In this document: in pieces, positions 29,979 through 39,032 of the stretch
Numbering within the stretch: position 1 is the stretch's first letter
Layout: each line of letters begins with the position of its first letter
Source: Patescibacteria group bacterium
GTDB taxonomy: Bacteria; Patescibacteriota; Microgenomatia; UBA10105; UBA927
Reading direction: 5' to 3'
Length of the DNA stretch: 64,000 nucleotides
NCBI GenBank assembly: GCA_049322955.1
Contig: JBMOPU010000012.1
Span: forward strand, 617,517 to 681,516
Program-made: the position numbers and the translations under genes
Notes under the pieces: model-generated
Databases searched by the model: none
Seen by the model: the letters and a program-made list of their open reading frames with translations, nothing else
Told to the model about the DNA's origin: nothing

Positions 29979-30575
29979 TTACTGAATTTCCGTCATGAAG
30001 TGATCGACGCAATTTGCCCAGGAGTTTCCGTTGGCAACGGAAGGGGGTGCGTATATAGCACCGATATCAACAAGTTCAGTGATGCCTCTGGCAAAATATT
30101 TTTCTTTGAGATATCTCGACACCCAATCAATCGCGTACAGCCAGTTGGGAAATTTTGCGCCGCTAATTTCTCCCGTCTCGACGCTTATTCCCCATGCATT
30201 ATGCGAGTCTTTGCTCGGCATGCGTTTGCCCACATTGCTCTCGCACATGGCGATAGCAGGGACAAGCCGGTAATCAATGCCGTAATGTTCAGCCCTATCG
30301 ACGATGTATTCGGCATACTCCGCAATCGGTGACTCATGTTCTTCTAAAAATTTCGTAAGCAGAAGTGCCCGGGCATCACCCGCAAGTACACTCGCACCCA
30401 ATACCTGTTCGGTACCGTAGGAAGATGCGGCAATGCGCATCGGGGGAACGATCGGCGTCACGACTTCCCCTGCATTTGCTTTATTGGTCAGGGTAATAAG
30501 CAGTGATAAATTGACGGCAAGAAGGCTCAAGGTGAGGGGAAACCACACCAGCGCAATCAGTGCTTTTTTAAGCAT
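29979..30575 (-). CDS. secreted lytic transglycosylase / muramidase-like protein (paralog B)
   Basis: Signal peptide; AIAMCESNVG motif; same architecture as paralog A. Confidence 0.45.
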   Translation of the reverse strand: MLKKALIALVWFPLTLSLLAVNLSLLITLTNKANAGEVVTPIVPPMRIAASSYGTEQVLGASVLAGDARALLLTKFLEEHESPIAEYAEYIVDRAEHYGIDYRLVPAIAMCESNVGKRMPSKDSHNAWGISVETGEISGAKFPNWLYAIDWVSRYLKEKYFARGITELVDIGAIYAPPSVANGNSWANCVDHFMTEIQ

Positions 30576-30632
30576 ATAAACATACTGACATGACCCGATA
30601 GTTCTGTCAACTTGACATGCGGGATTAGCGCG

Positions 30633-31367
30633 TTAAATACGGAAGAATGTTCCCACAACGTATGCTACAAGAGCCGATATTCCGCCGACGAGAAGCGTTT
30701 CGCTGATTGTCTGGAAAGGTTTTCGCTGGGTAACGCCCGCACGGAGTGCGCCGAGGAGTAGCAATGCTGAGGCGGTTGCGATAACGGAATAAAGAAAAAC
30801 ATTCGATCCCATATGTATCATGTATGGCACAAGCGGTATAGTACCGAAGCAGATAAAGGCCAAAAACGTCGCAACGGCCACGACGATCGGCTTTTCACCT
30901 TCCGGATTCGTCATTTCGAGCTCGTCCTTCATCATAAACTCCGTCCAATAGGAAGGATTCGTGCGATAAATACTCGCCAGCGTTGTGGCGTCCTTTTCAC
31001 TAAATCCCTTGTTATGAAGAATCGTAATCGTTTCGGCAAACTCTCCCTCGGGTTCATGGAGGATTTCATGATGTTCTTTGGCTTTTTCGTTGCGATAGAC
31101 TTCCTGATCTGCTCGAAGCGAGAGGAAACTACCCAATCCCATGGATAAGCCGTCGGCAAACAAATTGGCTAATCCGAATAATAAAACGGTTATCACGGGA
31201 ACAGAGGAGGTGACAGGATCCTGTTGTGCACCGGCAAATCCGGCGACGACGGCAAATGTGGTGACGATCCCGTCATTGCCGCCATAGACGATCTCCCGAA
31301 GGTATTGGGAAAACGCCGTGCGTTTGTGTTCCGTCGCAAGGTGTTTCGCCAAATCAAATTTTTTCAT
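30633..31367 (-). CDS. VIT1/CCC1-family Fe/Mn transporter
   Basis: YGGNDGIVTTFAVVAGFAGA N-terminal motif, central cytoplasmic loop, five TM helices. Confidence 0.7.
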   Translation of the reverse strand: MKKFDLAKHLATEHKRTAFSQYLREIVYGGNDGIVTTFAVVAGFAGAQQDPVTSSVPVITVLLFGLANLFADGLSMGLGSFLSLRADQEVYRNEKAKEHHEILHEPEGEFAETITILHNKGFSEKDATTLASIYRTNPSYWTEFMMKDELEMTNPEGEKPIVVAVATFLAFICFGTIPLVPYMIHMGSNVFLYSVIATASALLLLGALRAGVTQRKPFQTISETLLVGGISALVAYVVGTFFRI

Positions 31368-31371
31368 CGTG

Positions 31372-31443
31372 TGAGCGCAGAAGGATTCGAACCTTCAACC
31401 GACAACTTAAGAGGTTGCTGCTCTACCGTTGAGCTATGCGCCC
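31372..31443 (-). tRNA. tRNA-Lys (anticodon CTT), no encoded CCA
   Basis: Manual fold: acceptor GGGCGCA/TGCGCTC, anticodon loop CTCTTAA, T-loop TTCGAAT. Confidence 0.8.
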
Positions 31444-31449
31444 TATTCA

Positions 31450-31487
31450 TGGGGCAAAACCGAGGTTTTTCCCCAACGCTTTTCCTT
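31450..31487 (-). promoter_or_regulatory. conserved tRNA 5'-leader hairpin motif, copy 2 (upstream of tRNA-Lys); a TATAAT box and second hairpin lie further upstream (to ~31550)
   Basis: Plus-strand TGGGGCAAAACC-GA-GGTTTTTCCCC-AACGCTTTTCC; followed by the GTTGCAACGG...CCGTTGCAAC hairpin and, on the minus strand, GGCGTATAAT. Confidence 0.5.
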
Positions 31488-31584
31488 CAAGGTGTTGCAA
31501 CGGGTTCAGATCGAGAGCCACACCGTTGCAACAAATTATACGCCAATTCCTTCGTTGTAATCTCCACTTTCTTATTCACTGCGG

Positions 31585-31656
31585 CGCCCTTGGAGGGAAT
31601 CGAACCCCCATCACCTGTTCCGAAGACAGGCACTTTATCCATTAAGCTACAAGGGC
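31585..31656 (-). tRNA. tRNA-Arg (anticodon TCG), no encoded CCA
   Basis: Manual fold: acceptor GCCCTTG/CAAGGGC, anticodon loop CTTCGGA. Confidence 0.8.
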
Positions 31657-31659
31657 AAC

Positions 31660-31738
31660 TGGGGTGGCTGAGCGGATTCGAACCGCCGACATTCTGCTCC
31701 ACAGGCAGACGCTCTAACCGGGCTGAGCTACAGCCACC
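31660..31738 (-). tRNA. tRNA-His (anticodon GTG) with encoded G-1 and encoded 3' CCA
   Basis: G(-1)GTGGCTG acceptor, anticodon loop CTGTGGA, 3' end CAGCCAC-C-CCA; 3 nt from tRNA-Arg. Confidence 0.8.
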
Positions 31739-31800
31739 AATGACAATATTGTACCTTATTCAGGCGTGATTTGCATGGAGATATACGTGCGCGAAAGGAG

Positions 31801-33510
31801 TTACGGACCGACGAATAGCGAGAGAATAAAGTTCGGTTGTAACTTTATGACGGCAACTGCATCTCTGAAGGTAAGCGCACCGTCCCGATCAAAATCGAGC
31901 GGCAAGGCCTTTGGCATACGAACGTTTGTTCCTTTTGCCGCAATCTCCGTAATACGCTGGGTGGGCAAATAATACGGAACTAAAACGACGACACGATACT
32001 TATTCCCCGGTACGACGTTTCGTAATTCGCCCACTTCGGCTTTACCGTTTTTGAAGGTCACTCCCTGGATTTTATGAATCAATGAAAGATGCTCATACAC
32101 CAGCACGGTTGCGTTTGTAGTATCACTTTGCGTGCGCCACCCCAATTCCGCGTTCACGGTAATAGAAGGCGGCGGAACGACGGCAATGCTACCTGATTCG
32201 ATAGGAATTATCGTGTCATGGTGTCGTATGTTCAGCGCATACGCATAGGTTCCTGGCTGGTTCGGTGTTTCGAGATGGAGTGAAAGCGTACCGAATTGCA
32301 ATGGTTCCATGACGGGAAGCGGGTCATGTACCATGAGAAAAGGAGGATCGATGACCAGCTCCACCGTATATTCCTTATCCTGTTGGGTGAGTATCCCTTG
32401 CCCCTCATTCTTCAAAAGCCCCGTCAGTACGTAAGTGGAACCCGCCACTAACGATTCGGGGAGGATTCGTTTATCAAGGGTATATTTTTCCCGTTGCCTT
32501 GGTCTGCCTTGCGGCTTAGGCAATTTTTGATAGGCATAATAGTGACTGTAATACTCGCCGCTCCCGAGTTTTTTCCAGGAAAAGTGATCAAAGGGAAGGC
32601 CCTGATAACTGAATACAAACGGGGTGACCGCGACGATATTCGGATCATTCCATACGGTGGTAGCCGCAATGGCGAGGTTTGCCCCAACCTGATCTGTGGT
32701 AAGGAGTGCCGAATTGGGCGTCATTCCTTCACGATGTACCCAACCGGTTTCGGTAATAAATACCGGCAGTTTCTTTTGCACGCCCAATTCTGTAAGACGC
32801 ATAAGTTCCCACTGATATGAACGAAGTGTTCCGCGACCTATCGCGTACGGTGACCCGGAAAACGCCGGATTGGGGTACGAGTGTGACGTCCAACCGTCCA
32901 GGTGATCAGCAAGTTTCGGTTCGGCGGCAAACATACGCGCCAAATAGACCGAAGCGTCCATGGATCTGCCGTCGGATGCCGCGGAAACATCCAGCCCCGC
33001 CGGAAGCACAAAAAAATCCTCGCTTACTTCATGCAATTTTCTCGCGTGGGAAACCAGGGTTCTGGCATAGTCTTCGGGGTCGAGTGTTCTCCCCCACTCG
33101 TTGGCATGATTCGGTTCGTTAAACAACACGACGTATCGATTTTCCGTCGGCCAATTTAAACTATTGAGAAAGCGCGCCCAATCGCTCGCTGAATCCTTAT
33201 ACGGCTTTGCCCAGGAATCTCCCTGGATGTGCGTGGCAATACGCACGATCGGTATGAGGTGGAGCGAACGCATATCATTCATTACCCTCTGCCACTTCCC
33301 GAGATCACGATCGTCTTCCTGCATAACCAGCGTGACATATCCCCAATCGCCGCCGTTACTGTTTATGAGATCCTTGGTACTGCCGAGATCATTGGGATCC
33401 ACGATATGAATACCGAATTTATTATTCGGTACGGAGAGCGGATCATATTTCGCGGCGACCGTTTGCGGTAACAACAGGACGGCGATAAGGAGAAGAAAAA
33501 AAACTTTCAT
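31801..33510 (-). CDS. secreted GH5-like (clan GH-A) glycoside hydrolase with C-terminal beta-sandwich domains
   Basis: Signal peptide; VVLFNEPN (acid/base Glu) and FITETGW (nucleophile Glu) motifs, separated by roughly 100 residues. Confidence 0.6.
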   Translation of the reverse strand: MKVFFLLLIAVLLLPQTVAAKYDPLSVPNNKFGIHIVDPNDLGSTKDLINSNGGDWGYVTLVMQEDDRDLGKWQRVMNDMRSLHLIPIVRIATHIQGDSWAKPYKDSASDWARFLNSLNWPTENRYVVLFNEPNHANEWGRTLDPEDYARTLVSHARKLHEVSEDFFVLPAGLDVSAASDGRSMDASVYLARMFAAEPKLADHLDGWTSHSYPNPAFSGSPYAIGRGTLRSYQWELMRLTELGVQKKLPVFITETGWVHREGMTPNSALLTTDQVGANLAIAATTVWNDPNIVAVTPFVFSYQGLPFDHFSWKKLGSGEYYSHYYAYQKLPKPQGRPRQREKYTLDKRILPESLVAGSTYVLTGLLKNEGQGILTQQDKEYTVELVIDPPFLMVHDPLPVMEPLQFGTLSLHLETPNQPGTYAYALNIRHHDTIIPIESGSIAVVPPPSITVNAELGWRTQSDTTNATVLVYEHLSLIHKIQGVTFKNGKAEVGELRNVVPGNKYRVVVLVPYYLPTQRITEIAAKGTNVRMPKALPLDFDRDGALTFRDAVAVIKLQPNFILSLFVGP

Positions 33511-33511
33511 G

Positions 33512-33583
33512 TACCCCCAGAAGGAATCGAACCTTCATCGGATCATTAGAAGTGATCTGCTCTATCCATTGAGCTATGGGGGC
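33512..33583 (-). tRNA. tRNA-Arg (anticodon TCT), no encoded CCA
   Basis: Manual fold: acceptor GCCCCCA/TGGGGGT, anticodon loop CTTCTAA, T-loop TTCGATT. Confidence 0.8.
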
Positions 33584-33587
33584 GTTC

Positions 33588-33627
33588 TGGGGCAAAACCT
33601 AGCGGTTTTTCCCCAACGATTTTCCCT
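33588..33627 (-). promoter_or_regulatory. conserved tRNA 5'-leader hairpin motif, copy 3 (upstream of tRNA-Arg TCT), followed by the GTTGCAAGC...GCTTGCAAC hairpin
   Basis: Plus-strand TGGGGCAAAACC-TAGC-GGTTTTTCCCC-AACGATTTTCCC. Confidence 0.5.
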
Positions 33628-33771
33628 ATTGTGTTGCAAGCTATTCACTCGCATACGCACGCTTGCAACGGATTTTGCCCATTTGATAACGGTTACTTGG
33701 CTTATCCAACGGGCTTTCCGGCAAGTATACGTATTATAAAGGTTTTTGCTACAGGTGAGAAGCGAATGGAA

Positions 33772-35508
33772 TTAATGAAGTTCGGCGCGGCGCTCTTTGA
33801 TGTATTGGCTCCAGTTTTCGATAAAATCAAAAACGACAACCATCGGTGTTTCGACGAGGAACGTGAACACGATCGCAATAATGTTGTACTCTTTCCATTT
33901 GGCGGCAAGGATGCTTCCGATACGCGCGATCGGTACGGAAAGCATATCCAGCAAAAACTCCCACACCGGGGTTTTGTCATCCACGGAAAGTTCTTTTGAT
34001 TTATTGCGTATGCCTACAGCCGCAAAGAAGGTCAACGCAATGGTAAAGGTATCAAAGATAACGGAGGTGATGGGGAGCTTTGCAATGTAGAATAGATAGC
34101 CGACTCCGCCCAACACGCCGAACATCATAATAAGGTACAAAATGCCCACAACCAGCATAAACATCGAATTTCTCCGCCGTTTGATATACACATCATAGAG
34201 TTTCTTTTTTTCATCGTCATAGACGAATTGATATACCGTTGAAAGCACTTGTTTGATGTTTTCGTCTGGCGGCGGACGGATTATCGAGACCAGGGCGAAC
34301 ATGACCGCAGTCGGGACAACAAAGTCGACAATCGCCGCAAACAGATTAAATCCTTCATAAAAAATCTTTGCGAGCGGAATTTCCACGATGTAAAACGTCA
34401 CCCAGTTAGACAAGAATACCGAAAGCGTTGAAAATATCGCCAGTCTGAACAACCTGCTCTTTAAGGAAAGATATCGTTTGTTGTATGACTCGGTGAGCGC
34501 CTCGGTAAGTTTTGCCTTATCGGTGAAAATGGCGTGGACCTTATGCGGCATTTCCTTATGTTGGTCGAGGATGTCTCCCAGAAGCATATATACCGTATCG
34601 ATACGTTCGCATATGGCATACAGCTGGCGACTGATCGGGTGTTCCAATACCTTATCGCTTTGGGCCCATATGCTCGGGATTTCCGCGGAAAGTTTATCCA
34701 GCAATTCTCCCGAAGGGTTATGCCAATCGGCATAGGTAAATTTCAAAAGCTGGGCAACGATAAAACTGTCGTCGAGGTCGAATAACGTGCGACTTGCGGC
34801 GATGAATACGTGTGTTTTTTTCTCATCCGGCGTCATACTGCCTTCGGGCTGAATGCGAATTCTGTCTGTCAGCGTTTGGGTCATCGTTTCCAAAAGCACG
34901 CGTTCTTTGACGGGGTTGGTAAGGATTTCCTCGATATCGACAGCCGCCAGTTCGATAATGAAGTACGTGAAATTTATCTGGCGTTTGAGAGGTATGAGTT
35001 CGGAAGTGGGGAACTTTGCGTGTTTGAGAATATAGAGATACTTCTTCAAAACTGTCTCAACGATATTCACCTGTTCTTCCGGGATTTCATCGTTAGGCAG
35101 ATGCCCGCCGCGGATAAGGTCTGCGGTTACGGAATACGCGACCCGGTAGGTATCGATATCCTGCTTTAGGGTAACGCCGGTAAGTTTTGGAAATAAAATA
35201 CGCTTTAACGCCCGTTCGATTGCACTTCGACGCAACACGTTATCTTCCTTCCAATCAATGACTTTTCGTACCTGTTCATAAAACTTTGCAATATGCGAGG
35301 CGATTTCATCCACGTGGATCGGCGTCACCGGTTTTTTGGCCGATTGGATACCCGCAATATAGGAATCAAGCATGTGTGCTATCTCGGGAGAAAGAGGGTG
35401 TGTATCGCCACTTTCATCGGACGGCGGGGGTTCATGATGCGTCTGCGCGTGATCGTGTGTGTCAGTGGTATGTTCCATACAAATTGCCGAAAACGTTTCG
35501 GCACTCAA
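33772..35508 (-). CDS. large hypothetical membrane protein (cytoplasmic N-domain + C-terminal multi-TM region)
   Basis: 578 aa; His/Pro-rich N-terminus, 5-6 predicted TM helices in the C-terminal third; no family recognised. Confidence 0.4.
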   Translation of the reverse strand: MSAETFSAICMEHTTDTHDHAQTHHEPPPSDESGDTHPLSPEIAHMLDSYIAGIQSAKKPVTPIHVDEIASHIAKFYEQVRKVIDWKEDNVLRRSAIERALKRILFPKLTGVTLKQDIDTYRVAYSVTADLIRGGHLPNDEIPEEQVNIVETVLKKYLYILKHAKFPTSELIPLKRQINFTYFIIELAAVDIEEILTNPVKERVLLETMTQTLTDRIRIQPEGSMTPDEKKTHVFIAASRTLFDLDDSFIVAQLLKFTYADWHNPSGELLDKLSAEIPSIWAQSDKVLEHPISRQLYAICERIDTVYMLLGDILDQHKEMPHKVHAIFTDKAKLTEALTESYNKRYLSLKSRLFRLAIFSTLSVFLSNWVTFYIVEIPLAKIFYEGFNLFAAIVDFVVPTAVMFALVSIIRPPPDENIKQVLSTVYQFVYDDEKKKLYDVYIKRRRNSMFMLVVGILYLIMMFGVLGGVGYLFYIAKLPITSVIFDTFTIALTFFAAVGIRNKSKELSVDDKTPVWEFLLDMLSVPIARIGSILAAKWKEYNIIAIVFTFLVETPMVVVFDFIENWSQYIKERRAELH

Positions 35509-35513
35509 TAATT

Positions 35514-35587
35514 TGGAGCGGATGAAGGGAATCGAACCCTCGTCACCAGTTTGGAAAACTGGCGCTCTACCATTGAGCTACACCCGC
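35514..35587 (-). tRNA. tRNA-Gly (anticodon TCC) with encoded CCA
   Basis: Manual fold: acceptor GCGGGTG/CATCCGC, anticodon loop TTTCCAA, 3' T-CCA. Confidence 0.8.
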
Positions 35588-35696
35588 TTCTTGGACGGGA
35601 AACGACGTTTCCCTTCCGACTATTGTACCCGGTTATCCTGCTGGCGATATATCATATCGCCGGATAATCTCACGTCATATTATATCGTGTTTTGCG

Positions 35697-36137
35697 TTAT
35701 CGGTCGAGAAAGCGCACCGTGTCCCCTACCGCAATACCGTGTTTTTCAACAAACCCCGCATTGACCTCAAGTACTTTATCAACGGGTACACGAGGCTTGA
35801 CGATTGCGGGTGCGCCGTTTGGTTGGGGCGGAGGGACACGGGTCGTGATATCAACAATCGTTGTCCCGTCAATCCATATAAAATCCAACGGAAACTGCAT
35901 GCCGCGCATCCAAAAATTATATTGTTCCTTATGATCGTACACAAATACCATGCCGTGCAACGGATCAAGCGAGGTTCTGCCTCCCAACCCTTTTTGCTTT
36001 TGCGCTTCCGTCGCCGCAACTTGTGTGGTGATGACAACATCACGGATACGAATTTTTGAAACAAGCGGATTCGTGCGGTAGTACAAAATAAGTGCGAGAA
36101 TGAGTACTACGCCGATGGGAATAAGAAAGCGTTTCAT
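35697..36137 (-). CDS. DUF192-family secreted/periplasmic protein
   Basis: N-terminal TM/signal; MQFPLDFIWID and LEVNAGF segments typical of DUF192 (COG1430). Confidence 0.5.
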   Translation of the reverse strand: MKRFLIPIGVVLILALILYYRTNPLVSKIRIRDVVITTQVAATEAQKQKGLGGRTSLDPLHGMVFVYDHKEQYNFWMRGMQFPLDFIWIDGTTIVDITTRVPPPQPNGAPAIVKPRVPVDKVLEVNAGFVEKHGIAVGDTVRFLDR

Positions 36138-36141
36138 AACG

Positions 36142-37050
36142 TTATTTTTTCCTTGTCATACAGAAGCGGACGAGCGATGCGAGTTCCTCTTTGTTCACTT
36201 GTTGTATGGGAAGGACAGCGATTTCCTCATCGCAATGTTCAAACAACGATACCTTCAGGTCATTCATTTCTTCGCTATCGAGAAATTTCGCGAGCGTTTG
36301 CTTGTCGTTTCGTTCATCACTTCCCACAGGTTTCCCTGTGACGGCGGTATCACCTTCGATGCTTAGCTCGTCGTCGCGGATCTGATAGAGCAATCCCATC
36401 GATTCGCCGAGCCGGTCGAATATATCGATGGTATCCTGCGAGCAACCCGCTATCGTGGCGCCGACCGCCATGGATAAGGAAAACGTATATCGGGCGGTTT
36501 TATATCGGTATAACGAAATCACATCATCTTTTGACAAAGCTTTTTTGGAACATCGATGCACATCCTGCATTTGAGCAATGATGACGGGAGGCAGTTCTTT
36601 GCTCACAAGATCGGTAATAGTACTCTTGCCCGCGAGTTCCTGCCCCATAAAAAGACACAGATCACCCGTGTTAATTGCCTGGCTTATGCCCACATGAGGA
36701 TCCTGAGATACGACGCGGTACTGTTCCCATAGACTCGGATTTCCCCGGCGAAGCGTGTCTTTATCCATAATATCATCGTGAATCAGGAATCCAGAATGAA
36801 AAAATTCGAGTGCCGCGGCGGCGTCGAGTATTTTCTGCGACGGTTTCTTCTTGAAGAGCGTGTAAATATAGACGGCCAAACTTCCGCGGGTAGTTTTACC
36901 CGATGTCGTAAATGTGATCAGACGATCGATCGTGTCATCTCCCCAACCGTTTATCGGAGACAGAACCGTCCGTTTTATTTGAAGGTACGCGACTATTGTC
37001 GCATCCACCTCGTGTTTATATCTCAGAATATTCGCCAATCCTCGTTCCAT
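36142..37050 (-). CDS. polyprenyl diphosphate synthase (trans-isoprenyl diphosphate synthase family)
   Basis: First DDxxD (LIHDDIMD) and second DDxxD-like (IRDDELS) motifs. Confidence 0.75.
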   Translation of the reverse strand: MERGLANILRYKHEVDATIVAYLQIKRTVLSPINGWGDDTIDRLITFTTSGKTTRGSLAVYIYTLFKKKPSQKILDAAAALEFFHSGFLIHDDIMDKDTLRRGNPSLWEQYRVVSQDPHVGISQAINTGDLCLFMGQELAGKSTITDLVSKELPPVIIAQMQDVHRCSKKALSKDDVISLYRYKTARYTFSLSMAVGATIAGCSQDTIDIFDRLGESMGLLYQIRDDELSIEGDTAVTGKPVGSDERNDKQTLAKFLDSEEMNDLKVSLFEHCDEEIAVLPIQQVNKEELASLVRFCMTRKK

Positions 37051-37091
37051 GGGATTATTGTAGCGGATTTTGATAAAATAGGAATAGTTAT

Positions 37092-37167
37092 CGGGGTGTG
37101 GCTCAATTGGTAGAGTGCGCGCTTTGGGAGCGTGAGGTTCCGAGTTCGAGTCTCGGCACCCCGACCA
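37092..37167 (+). tRNA. tRNA-Pro (anticodon TGG) with encoded CCA
   Basis: Manual fold: acceptor CGGGGTG/CACCCCG, anticodon loop TTTGGGA, T-loop TTCGAGT, 3' A-CCA. Confidence 0.8.
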
Positions 37168-37177
37168 ATGGACGATT

Positions 37178-37292
37178 CGGGGTGCGGTATCTCGTTCCGA
37201 GTTCTCCGTGGGTACACGGGATCGTTGGCAGTAAGACTCAGCGCGATGCGCGCTTCGTTAACTGCCTCCGTCGAGTCTAGGCACCCCGACTG
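37178..37292 (+). pseudogene. degenerate / scrambled tRNA-Pro-like element (tRNA-like structured RNA or att remnant)
   Basis: Shares the acceptor 5' CGGGGTG, a GTTCCGAGTTC block, a GCGCGCTT block and 3' GAGTCT-GGCACCCCGAC with the adjacent tRNA-Pro, but is ~115 nt and the blocks are in a different order. Confidence 0.35.
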
Positions 37293-37302
37293 AGTGTCAC
37301 GT

Positions 37303-37755
37303 ATGCCTGAAGTCACGGATGAATTTCGGCAAAATAAATCACTGCTCGACGTAAAGCGAGCGCTTCGTGCGGAAGGATTGCATGTTCCTGAGGTTACCCA
37401 TGAGCAATTCTTTGAAGGTCTTCGGAAGTTATTTCCGAGAACTCCCGATATTCCCCGATTACAGAGTGAAATCATGGGAAGAGTTACGCTTCATGATCCT
37501 CACTTCCTCGAAGAACACCCGCTATTCGGCGAACCGTTCACGCAGAAGAGAATTCGCGCACTCTATGGCGGAAGAAAAGATCTCGTTGCGCGTGAAGGAT
37601 CGGTGAAAAAGTTAGTACAAAGAATTGAACGAACGTTTCAAGTGCGGCTGAAACATATCTCGTATCACATGATCGATTCGCCAAGACCCAAAGAATTACA
37701 CTACGCGATTCAACAGGCTGAAGAGATATTGGAGGGAAAGTGGGAGTTTGGCTGA
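37303..37755 (+). CDS. hypothetical protein
   Basis: ATG at 37303 (the ORF track starts at an upstream GTG); no recognisable domain. Confidence 0.35.
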   Translation: MPEVTDEFRQNKSLLDVKRALRAEGLHVPEVTHEQFFEGLRKLFPRTPDIPRLQSEIMGRVTLHDPHFLEEHPLFGEPFTQKRIRALYGGRKDLVAREGSVKKLVQRIERTFQVRLKHISYHMIDSPRPKELHYAIQQAEEILEGKWEFG

Positions 37756-37761
37756 CGCCGA

Positions 37762-38508
37762 CTATTTTCCTTTTCCCTTTTTCCACGAAACACCGGTGAT
37801 AAGCGGAGCGTATATATCCAAAGACAACGGAATACGCAGTTCTTTTGTTTCCGTCGGGGTCGGCGCGTCGGGATCAAAATGAATAAACGGAATATCAGTA
37901 ATAAGGGCTATCGGCGTTTGTTCACTCCCCTCTCCCATGACAAGTACCGAGCTTGCGGCAAGACCGTCAGCCACATTTGCTTTCGTTACCTTGAGTTTTC
38001 TTCCGAAAAGATCGGGCTCCCCGATATAATTATTGAGTGCGGAAAAACCGGCATACGCAAGGGAAACACCCGTAGTTCCGAGGCGGAGGGGGGTCGTTTT
38101 GCTATCAGTGATGAGCACCCCGATTTTATTGCGATGGAATCGCCTCGTGAGGTAATCGAGAATTTCGCGGGCGCTTTTTTCCGGATCACGCGGCCAGAGT
38201 ACATAGTTGCCGTTGCCATTTGATTCATCGATACCGGCCGTCGGAATAAGCGTATCTCGGGTGATCGTCAGCGTGATATCGTACTTGCTTTTTTCGGGAG
38301 GAATATACAGTTGTGCTTCCTGTTCGATGAGTGTTTCTTTGTCCGTGGTTTCCATGGGAATAACGCTTCCTTCGGTAAGCGAAATAATTTTTGAAGTGAC
38401 CGCAAGTATCGATTGTTCCGGCATGTCCGACAAGGCGGCATCAAGGAGGGAAAATAAGGTGCATTTTCCGGCCGAGACTTTTTCGGTTTTTATCGGAATG
38501 ATGTTCAT
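37762..38508 (-). CDS. CofE-like gamma-glutamyl ligase family protein (F420-0:gamma-glutamyl ligase-like)
   Basis: Internal start MNIIPIKTEKV...; TTPLRLGTTGVSLAYAGF-type glycine-rich segment; ATGA overlap with the downstream DHFR-family gene. Confidence 0.45.
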   Translation of the reverse strand: MNIIPIKTEKVSAGKCTLFSLLDAALSDMPEQSILAVTSKIISLTEGSVIPMETTDKETLIEQEAQLYIPPEKSKYDITLTITRDTLIPTAGIDESNGNGNYVLWPRDPEKSAREILDYLTRRFHRNKIGVLITDSKTTPLRLGTTGVSLAYAGFSALNNYIGEPDLFGRKLKVTKANVADGLAASSVLVMGEGSEQTPIALITDIPFIHFDPDAPTPTETKELRIPLSLDIYAPLITGVSWKKGKGK

Positions 38509-39032
38509 ACGACGTGATAATGAATAAGTAACGTCCCCTGATCGTTTAATTTTGTCACAGTAGCGAGACGAAGTGCCACATCGGTGGTGTACGGGGCAAA
38601 CAACGTATTGCCGCTTCCGAAAAACCTGGGCTCGATCGTCAGATAACACTGCGTGATAAGTTTCTTTTCAAGAAATGCGGTATTGAGCATACTGCCGCCG
38701 ACAAGTAACAGGCTTTCATACCCTTCAGCCGCTAATCGCGTGACGAGTGCCTCGGGAGTTTCCGCGGTAAATTCAAGTTGGCCATCGACCTGTTTATCGG
38801 AAAATTGATCGGGTGAATGCGTCATAACGATGCGGCGTAGCGACGTTTGGGGTACGATCTTTTCTTTGAGGGTGAGGTAGGTATTCTTGCCCATGACCAA
38901 TACCCGATGTTTCGATTTCAGTAGGGCAAAATGTGCGAGATCTTCAGGAGAAGACCAGCCGTGCAAAGTGGGATTATCCCCTTTGGTCGTTTTGCCGTCT
39001 GCCGTTTGGACCATGACCAGGATAACGTTCAT
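38505..39032 (-). CDS. dihydrofolate reductase-family / RibD C-terminal-domain reductase
   Basis: MNVILVMVQTADGKT...LLLVGG pattern of bacterial DHFR-like (RibD_C) proteins. Confidence 0.6.
   Translation of the reverse strand: MNVILVMVQTADGKTTKGDNPTLHGWSSPEDLAHFALLKSKHRVLVMGKNTYLTLKEKIVPQTSLRRIVMTHSPDQFSDKQVDGQLEFTAETPEALVTRLAAEGYESLLLVGGSMLNTAFLEKKLITQCYLTIEPRFFGSGNTLFAPYTTDVALRLATVTKLNDQGTLLIHYHVV

Noticed and set aside
37098-37280. 60-aa ORF over tRNA-Pro and the tRNA-like element
   Set aside because: Lies entirely within tRNA/pseudo-tRNA sequence; spurious.
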